A DNA stretch of 63,376 bases, the filler included, from Stramenopiles sp. TOSAG23-2 (Eukaryota): NCBI GenBank assembly GCA_900128395.1. It is 13 parts of 13 records of this genome, joined end to end, with 100 filler letters (N's around TTAATTAATTAA, not from the genome) between each part and the next. Parts side by side here need not be neighbours in the genome. Positions count along the whole stretch, not along the records: positions 55,215 to 60,613 come from LT650677.1; positions 60,714 to 61,995 come from LT653272.1; positions 62,096 to 63,376 come from LT653273.1; 10 more parts are not named here. One strand, 5' to 3'. The translations under genes and the position numbers were made by a program. This document shows, piece by piece, positions 55,799 through 63,376 of the stretch. The first letter of the stretch is position 1; every line of letters starts with the position of its first letter. The notes below the pieces were generated by a model that was not told the DNA's origin, did not search any database, and was given only the letters and a program-made list of their open reading frames with translations.

Positions 55799-56676
55799 TC
55801 AATTCCAATAAAACGTTGTCCAAAAGGAGACTATACCAAATATAGTAAAATAAATACTATTATAAATTGTTAAAACATGATTTGTTGACTTTGCTCCATC
55901 TTTATTATTATCGTCGTCTTTTTTTGTAATTAAATATTTCAATCGTTTAAAAAAAAATCTTTGCCAATTTATATCTAAATATAAAAGCAAGGATCCAATG
56001 GAAAATAATACCAATGCAGCAAACTGCTTATTATTATTATATGCTTTTAATACAGCAAAAAATGTTAAAAGAACACGATATGCAGACGTTGCTGTCCAAC
56101 TATATTATATATATTTGGGTGTGTGTATTGTATAAATATAGCGACAAATAATAATTTCAATATATATTTTAAAATCGCCTTGTTAGATCTTGAAAAAAGA
56201 AAATGGCTAGTATAAAAATATATATAAATAATGTTTACTTACACGTGTGGAAACAAGGTAATGCATGATTTCTTTAACAGATTGGAGGTTGATGACGATG
56301 CTGTTAAATAACAACCTTCTTTACAACCAAAATACCAAATAAACATGGGTACATGTAACATATTTGTTTGACTCAATATATATTGAAATTCATAACATGA
56401 TTCTACATTAAACGCAACATATGCACCAAAAAGGGTAGCACTATGATGTGCTATATCAACGCCACTATATTTACTATACCACAACTCGTTGCACCATCGC
56501 CCTAATAAGACAAACACTTCCACACGATTTTGCAATCCAACTCTATCTTTTAATGGAAAATTTTTCGTCTCATTTGTATCATAAAAATAACCAAGCATGG
56601 AGTGAATAAAATAACAAGACAAACCTATAAAACTACATAAATACCATAACATTTGTATGAACGCAAAACGTTTCAT
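55799..56676 (-). CDS. TLC-domain-like membrane protein; 1 intron
   Basis: DIAHH motif and TM segments; intron 56100-56242 (GTAAGT..CTAAC..TAG) joins the two ORFs in frame. Confidence 0.72.
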
Positions 56677-57063
56677 TGTTTTATGTATGTATATATACTT
56701 TTAAATACTATTTTTTTTTTGGGGGGATTGATTGCTATGTATAATATATTGTATTATTCTTTCAAAATATTATTACAATAATAACAATATAACTGATCAA
56801 TGAAATTATACTTTTAAATATTAATATATACTAATTTATTGGTGGGGAGTTTTGATTACTAAAAAAATAATGTATGTATTAATGTAATTCTTTCAAAAAA
56901 ATATTATTACTGCTGCTGATAATAATTATTGGGATCAATTATACTTCAACCTATTATTTCTGTGCAAAAAGGTGGTTACTATTATTCTTTCCATTGTTGT
57001 TTCTCCACCTCCCCTGCATTGCCTTTTGCATTGCTTTGTATAATTCATAATATATATATATTT

Positions 57064-57240
57064 TACTTGTAAGACCACGCAGAACAAATCTGACCAATTT
57101 ACGACAAATTAGTATAATACCTTAATCATATCCAAATATATACAGTTCTAATTACATCTTAAATCAATAACAATGTAAGGAAAAAATTTAAACATTTGCG
57201 TAAATTGATCGAGGTTGTTCTGCGTGGTCCTATACAAGTA
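57064..57240. mobile_element. MITE-like element with ~46-bp imperfect terminal inverted repeats
   Basis: TACTTGTAAGACCACGCAGAACAA.. versus ..TTGTTCTGCGTGGTCCTATACAAGTA. Confidence 0.6.
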
Positions 57241-57558
57241 TAAAAAATTGCATCTTCTAATACGTGACCGTACTCATTATTTATACGAGTTTTTTTTGTG
57301 TGTGGATTTTACGGATTTTTGTGATAAGAAGAAGTGTATTTTTTTGATTTTTGGCACTTTGAGGAGCAAATTTTTTATTATATTATTATTGTAAAATATC
57401 ATATATATTACGCCAGGGAGAACGCGAATCACGACTACTTGTTCGTACACGAAGTAATCTAGTTTTTTTTTTAATTACACGACCACTTCGTACGGTACAC
57501 CTCCGTACAACGCACACAACAAGCACACACATTGAACCATTTCTCACATCATTGTCCT

Positions 57559-59118
57559 TCACTTCTTTTTCAATTTCTTCTTAATAATGTTATTATCAGT
57601 ATCAATACTACTACTACTACTACTACCATCCAATGATAAAATGTCCCCATTCCCATCTCCATCGTTCCCATCTCTATCTATAATATTTACAATTGAAAAT
57701 TGATCACGTTCAATTTTATTGATATCAAATTTAACTCCCTCATCACCACCATCATCATCATCATCATTTAAATGATATTTCGTTTCTAAATCATTTAATG
57801 TAAGATAACAATGGTTCATACAATTATGTTTTACAAATACAACAATTGAAAATTGATCACGTTCAATTTTATTGATATCAAATTTAACTCCCTCATCACC
57901 ACCATCATCATCATCATCATTTAAATGATATTTCGTTTCTAAATCATTTAATGTAAGATAACAATGGTTCATACAATTATGTTTTACAAATACAAAACGC
58001 ATTCCAGATAAATTTTTATCAAGACGCAATTCTTTCATACCATTTAATTCTTTTGGATCACCATTTGTATCATTAATTATATTACCGCCAACTGCACCAC
58101 TAGTAACACATTCAATGGATTGACCAGTTTCTTCATTTATATATGTACCTTCTACATTACGATGGTAATGCCCAGAAAACCAATGTGTACAATTATGATT
58201 CGATAAACGTTTTAATAATTTTAAACGTACTGATTTATCTAAAGGAAAATATCCATTTCCTTCATTTTGATTTTCTATGAATGGTGGTATATGTGTAAAT
58301 ACACAACAACGTGGGGTTGTTGTTGTTGTTGTTGGTGGTGGTGATGATGATGTTAATATCGATGTCGATATTGTTTCTTTGCTATTTGTCGTCATTGTTG
58401 TTGTTGTTGTTGTCGCTGTTGTTTTATCATTTGTTTCATTACTATTATCATTTATCTTGTTTCCGTTCTTCTTCTTCTTCTTCATATTATTTGATGATAA
58501 TAACTGATTTTTCATTTCTATTAATTGTTCATCAAACCATTTTTCTTGTTCCATACTTAATTGTTTTGCATTTTCATCAAATTTATACAATTGGGAATTC
58601 AATACCATAAATTTCACACCTTCATACCAAAAAGAATAATAATCATCACTAAATCTACGTTTATATAAATCAATTGTCATTGGTGTAGGTTTATTCCCAA
58701 CGTCATGATTCCCACAAAGACACATTAATTTAACATTTTTATTTAATTTTGAAAAAATGGATTTAAAATCTTGGACTTCCGAATTCTGTGCTTGTAAATT
58801 ACTAGGCATGGAGTGAACTAAATCCCCACATACAATTACAAAAACTGGCAATGGATTCAATTTATTGATATATTTAACAGTTAATTTCGACATTTCTTTT
58901 TCCGCATCGTAAATAGCAGCTGTACTATTTCCACCTTTCCATCCAACCAATGGTAAAAATGTGCTACCTAATGCACCTTGAACCATACCAAGTTGTGTAT
59001 CTGCTAATGATATGAAATAAAATGGTTTTGTAAAAGATGTTGGTTTACACCATGCTTTTACTGTACGATTTGTAGTTGCACTACGCCAAACTCCGGCTGA
59101 CGATACTCCAGATTCCAT
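57559..59118 (-). CDS. CPPED1: Calcineurin-like phosphoesterase CPPED1
   Basis: DTQLG, CGDLV, GNHDVG, HIP, FSGHYHRN; contains an in-frame 153-bp duplication (57689-57994). Confidence 0.88.
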   Translation of the reverse strand: MESGVSSAGVWRSATTNRTVKAWCKPTSFTKPFYFISLADTQLGMVQGALGSTFLPLVGWKGGNSTAAIYDAEKEMSKLTVKYINKLNPLPVFVIVCGDLVHSMPSNLQAQNSEVQDFKSIFSKLNKNVKLMCLCGNHDVGNKPTPMTIDLYKRRFSDDYYSFWYEGVKFMVLNSQLYKFDENAKQLSMEQEKWFDEQLIEMKNQLLSSNNMKKKKKNGNKINDNSNETNDKTTATTTTTTMTTNSKETISTSILTSSSPPPTTTTTTPRCCVFTHIPPFIENQNEGNGYFPLDKSVRLKLLKRLSNHNCTHWFSGHYHRNVEGTYINEETGQSIECVTSGAVGGNIINDTNGDPKELNGMKELRLDKNLSGMRFVFVKHNCMNHCYLTLNDLETKYHLNDDDDDGGDEGVKFDINKIERDQFSIVVFVKHNCMNHCYLTLNDLETKYHLNDDDDDGGDEGVKFDINKIERDQFSIVNIIDRDGNDGDGNGDILSLDGSSSSSSIDTDNNIIKKKLKKK

Positions 59119-59312
59119 TGTTTTGCGTTGTTTTTTACAATAGCTTTATAATTTGTTGAAGCAGCTAATGCAATTTAAGTGCTTGTTGTGCAGCAATGGC
59201 ATATTTATCTTTGTTGTTTATTGGTTGTATTGTTGTTGTTGTTATTATTTATACTGTGAAGCATATATATATATATTTATTATTATTGCCATTCATTTAT
59301 CTATCCTCCTTG

Positions 59313-59656
59313 TACAGATGTTTGCAACCAATACCGGACAGTGAGAGAGAGAGACATGCAAGAAAAAAAAAAAAATACTAAATCGGGTTTTATTATAGCA
59401 TACTAGGATGGCAATAGCATTAAAATATATAATTTTGACTAAAAATTAAATCGGGTTTTTTTAATCATTTTTATACATACCAGGTAGCAGGTAGATTATT
59501 GAAATTATTGAAACCCGATATAATTTTTATTATAGTCAAAATTATATATTTCAATGCTATTTCTATCCTAATATGCTATAATAAAACCCGATTTAGTATT
59601 TTTTTTTTTTCTTGCTTGTCTCTCTCACTGTCCGGTGTTGGTTGCAAACATCTGTA
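59313..59656. mobile_element. Fold-back MITE-like element, TA-CAG...CTG-TA
   Basis: Arms of about 145 bp, diverged, bounded by TA on both sides. Confidence 0.72.
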
Positions 59657-59966
59657 AAAAATGAGACCCCGGCGGATCTCAAAATTTAAAACGTCGGGTT
59701 GGTGATTTAGTATGGGAATAGCAGGTGGTATAATTTAATGCTGTGTATATATTATATTGCGATAGACATATTTGTACTTAGTAGAATATATATGTTACAT
59801 AGGAGATAATACAAATTTTGATAGGAGTAGAAATTGTTAGTGTTATAATAATTTAAGTACGTCTATCGCAATAATATATACACAGCACTAAATTATAACA
59901 CCTGCTATTCCCATACTAAATCACCAAACCCGACGTTTTTTATTTTGAGATCCGCCGTCTCATTTA
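59657..59966. mobile_element. Second fold-back MITE-like element abutting or nested in the first
   Basis: Arms of about 110 bp: AATGAGAC..GCGATAGAC versus GTCTATCGC..GTCTCATT. Confidence 0.72.
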
Positions 59967-60492
59967 CAAGGATTTACAAGGATACCTGAGTTTGGTGAGT
60001 TTACATAGGAGGTTTTGTTGCGAATTTAGTATTCTAATTTCCGATAAGTATAAATTATGTGTCATTTGACAGAGGGAAGATGGAATTCTTGATATATTCT
60101 AATTTTCAAGTATAAATTATGTGTCATTTTGATAGGTAACGTTTTACATCTGGAATACAAAAAGGGTCATAATTCATAATAAAGTCAATTTCCTTAAATA
60201 TAAAATAGAAAAGTGGCACATGTGTTTATATTTCCTCCTCTTCAACACATTAATCTATAGCGCGTTGTGTGTGATTCTTTTTACGATTCTTCATCTCCCC
60301 CTTCATCACATTTTTTCACCACACATGCGTGTTTTAAATATTAATATATAAAAATATGTTATATTACATTTTTTGTTTGTTTTGTCATCTTGTATCACGC
60401 ACTCTACGTCGTATTTTTTTTTATTTTTTTTTTATTTATTTTTTTTTTTTTTCGTGAGGCTACGCGGCATAACTGAAAAAAGATGATTATAC

Positions 60493-60613
60493 TTATGGAC
60501 CATATGTACATCCACTACCACCACCATCGACAAAAATATCTGATGCATTAATAAATGCACTTTCATCACTTGATAAAAATACAGCAACATTTGCAATTTC
60601 TTCAGGTGTACCT
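60493..60613 (-). CDS. Classical SDR C-terminus; 5'-partial
   Basis: GTPEEIANVAVFLSSDESAFINASDIFVDGG..*. Confidence 0.85.
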
Positions 60614-61054
60614 NNNNNNNNNNNNNNNNNNNNNNNNNNNNNNNNNNNNNNNNNNNNTTAATTAATTAANNNNNNNNNNNNNNNNNNNNNNNNNNNNNNN
60701 NNNNNNNNNNNNNCTAGTATGTTTTGTTTTTGCCAATGCTTTTGTAAATTTTTTCCAAATCAGACTCTCCGCTAGTTGCACACCATTAGGCTAAAAAAAA
60801 ATAAAAAAAATAATAAATTGAAAATTATTGAAAAAAATAATAATAATAATGATAATCGCATCATAAACAAGTCGAGTCGTGTGTATGCACATATGTTATG
60901 ATAGATAGTTACGTATATATCAAAAAAGTTATTCTTCATATAGTTATATATTTAAAACCACAACCTTCTTTGATTAGCACATATTCTTTCAGATTAATAA
61001 CATTGTACAAATTGTTTTATTGGCAACTATCTACTTTATCCCATTTCATTCATA

Positions 61055-61663
61055 ATGACTTCATTAACAACAGCAGATGATGTTCCTGAATACCCTGAAG
61101 TAATGTCCTTTAGCTTTACACCAGGTGTAAAAAAAACTAATGGTGGTGCAACTAGCGGAGAGTCTGATTTGGAAAAATTTACAAAAGCATTGGCAAAAAC
61201 AAAACATACTAGTCAACAAAGTTTGAAAAAGGTAACAAAGGTAACAGAGCGATTGGAAGAAGTTGATAAAGAATTAGAGCTTTTGACAAATGAAATGAAA
61301 AATTTGAAAAATGAAATGGAAGTTGTTAAGAACAATACAGAGGAATTGAAGGAAGATATCAATAAATTGAACGATAAAAATGAATATATGAGGATCGCAC
61401 AAAAGTATCAACGCATGAAGTTAAAAACATTTGAAAGTGGTATGAACAATATTGAAACTGATTTAAAGAACATGAAAATGGACCAAGAGGAGAAAGACAA
61501 TGCATTACTTGATTATTTGAAAGATCTCCAAGAAAAACAACAAAAAAAAGATGAAGAATATGAAAAAAAATTGAAAGCAATGGAAAAACAAATTCAAGAA
61601 TTGAAAAAAAAGAAAGGCAGCACTGGATTCAGAAAAAAAAAACTCTCATTTCGCCACTATTAA
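61055..61663 (+). CDS. Coiled-coil protein
   Basis: 202-aa ORF with heptad E/K-rich pattern. Confidence 0.7.
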   Translation: MTSLTTADDVPEYPEVMSFSFTPGVKKTNGGATSGESDLEKFTKALAKTKHTSQQSLKKVTKVTERLEEVDKELELLTNEMKNLKNEMEVVKNNTEELKEDINKLNDKNEYMRIAQKYQRMKLKTFESGMNNIETDLKNMKMDQEEKDNALLDYLKDLQEKQQKKDEEYEKKLKAMEKQIQELKKKKGSTGFRKKKLSFRHY

Positions 61664-62095
61664 ATATAGCTTAATGTGTGTGCTGGTAAATTATGTGTGT
61701 GTTTTGTGTTTCTGTTCTATCAATATGTGCATAATTTTATCAGCAGTGTTATAATAATATTATATATGACATATGAGGTGTATTTAATTAACATGCTGAA
61801 TAAAAAGTTACGAACGTCTTGTACATAAAAATATATTTCAATGTATCATATAACGCGTATGCATACGAAAATGTAAAAAATCATATTTAAGCTTTTCATT
61901 AATACTCCGTATATATAAAAATTATTTCCCTATTTCCCTCCTCTTTCTGCATTTTTCACTAAATTCCAATACAAATTTTCCATTTGCATAAACAANNNNN
62001 NNNNNNNNNNNNNNNNNNNNNNNNNNNNNNNNNNNNNNNTTAATTAATTAANNNNNNNNNNNNNNNNNNNNNNNNNNNNNNNNNNNNNNNNNNNN

Positions 62096-63376
62096 ATGAC
62101 CAACAAGTGTATGTAAACATTTACCACCAGCTGGTTCATATGTTTGTTGTTTTGGACACCACCATCCTTTACCACCTTTTGGTCCTTTCCATGCTTTAAC
62201 TTTTTTCAACAATTCATCAATATCTTTAACATATGCCTTCTTCCCTTCATTACCACCTCCTTGGCCATCACCACCATCTCCCCCACCAGTACCTCCACCT
62301 TTTCCCCTCCCATAACCCATTAATCTGCCATATAATTGACCAGCAATTTGCAATGGACTCTTTCTTAATCCACTTTGCGACAATCGCAACGCACTATACA
62401 ACAAATGGAACGCACGATCCTTCCTAATATCCTCTCCACCACTACCAACAATTTGTAAACAATCTTTCACCAACATATGTTCCGGCCCTAATTTCGCTCT
62501 TTCCAATAAATACTCAAATTGAAACATTAAATCACGTGCAATGTTTACCATACCACCTTTACATAAATGTGTTACAGAATGTTTCAATGAATATACTGAT
62601 GCTTCCAACATATCTTCTGCATCATCTTCATCCTCTATTCCATTAACCTCTTCTAAAATCTCTTTACATCGCTTTCCCAACAATTTATGTACCTTTTTGT
62701 ATTTCACATAACATATTTCCTCTTTACGCTCCAAATCCACCAACCAATCTTTTACACTTTTATGAAAGACATGTAATTTACGATCACGTATTGGAAATAA
62801 TAATGATAATTTAGCAACTGCTACTTTACGTTCATTTGCTTTACATTGTATTAAATAATCCAATGCTTCGACATGTATTGGTTCTTCCGCAGCCATTACT
62901 ACTTCAACAATACGCCACATGACTGAATTATTTAATACATCTTCATAATTACTACCAAATAATCGTCGAAATTGTATATCATAAAATCCAGTAATACCAT
63001 CTGGAAATTCTTTTAATTCTTCTAATGATATATGATTTGATTGCATATTTAATTTTTCTACCGCATAACGTGCATATATAAATACACCATTTGATTTTTT
63101 CGATAAAATTGCAACACCTTCCTCCAATTCTTCTGGTGAAATACATTCTTTCAATGCATCACCAATATATAATTGTATATCTTTCATATTTTTTTCTGAA
63201 TCTGCAATTAATTCTTCTGGATGAAATTTACCTAATTTTTTCATAATATTCACTTCAGGACGTGTAGTTAAAAAGAATCCAATCCAGTCTGGTAATTCAA
63301 GAAAATGATCACGTATACAATCTAATAAATCATTTTTACCATTATGATCACATTCATCTAATGCATCAATTAAAAT
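62096..63376 (-). CDS. NACHT (STAND) NTPase with start of WD40 array, HET-E-like NLR; partial at both ends
   Basis: LIDALDEC Walker B, FLTTRPE, SNGVFIYA, FHKSVKDWL, then CLHTLVGH. Confidence 0.88.

Noticed and set aside
1..63376. Functional cluster of trafficking genes (VPS35, M6PR-like) or cytoskeletal genes (formin, CKK)
   Set aside because: The genes are on unrelated contigs; adjacency comes from concatenation.

Overview
This is not one continuous locus. It is 13 unrelated contigs joined by 100-nt N/TTAATTAATTAA/N linkers and ordered by decreasing length: eleven of about 5.4 kb, then two of about 1.28 kb. The DNA is AT-rich, gene-dense, intron-poor eukaryotic nuclear sequence with the standard code, GT-AG introns containing CTAAC, and poly-Asn tracts. 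I infer a heterotrophic protist, possibly a MAST-type stramenopile from a single-cell or metagenome assembly. Recognisable genes include VPS35, TMEM209, CPPED1, a Tim17-family protein, a UBAC2-like rhomboid, a JmjC protein, a CAMSAP-like CKK protein, a formin tail, an M6PR/ATG27-like receptor, MORN, LRR and ankyrin proteins, a clan GH-A glycosidase, an MFS transporter, a TLC protein, two SDRs and a NACHT-WD40 NLR. Assembly artefacts are common: 12 tandem duplications of 80-179 bp and one whole-contig palindrome. Gene neighbourhood across linkers is meaningless, and I cannot support a multi-gene novel system. The best leads are: (1) a CKK protein with 10 copies of an unrecognised SSP..RK repeat; (2) a secreted PH + ricin/PAN protein; (3) a glycosidase cassette bracketed by a 191-bp duplication of an MFS 3' end; (4) several diverged fold-back MITE-like elements, one apparently nested; (5) a hairpin shared by two contigs; (6) a 5' CWG-rich versus 3' TACG-rich polarity in intergenic DNA, including a recurring TACGAACTTCGTA palindrome.
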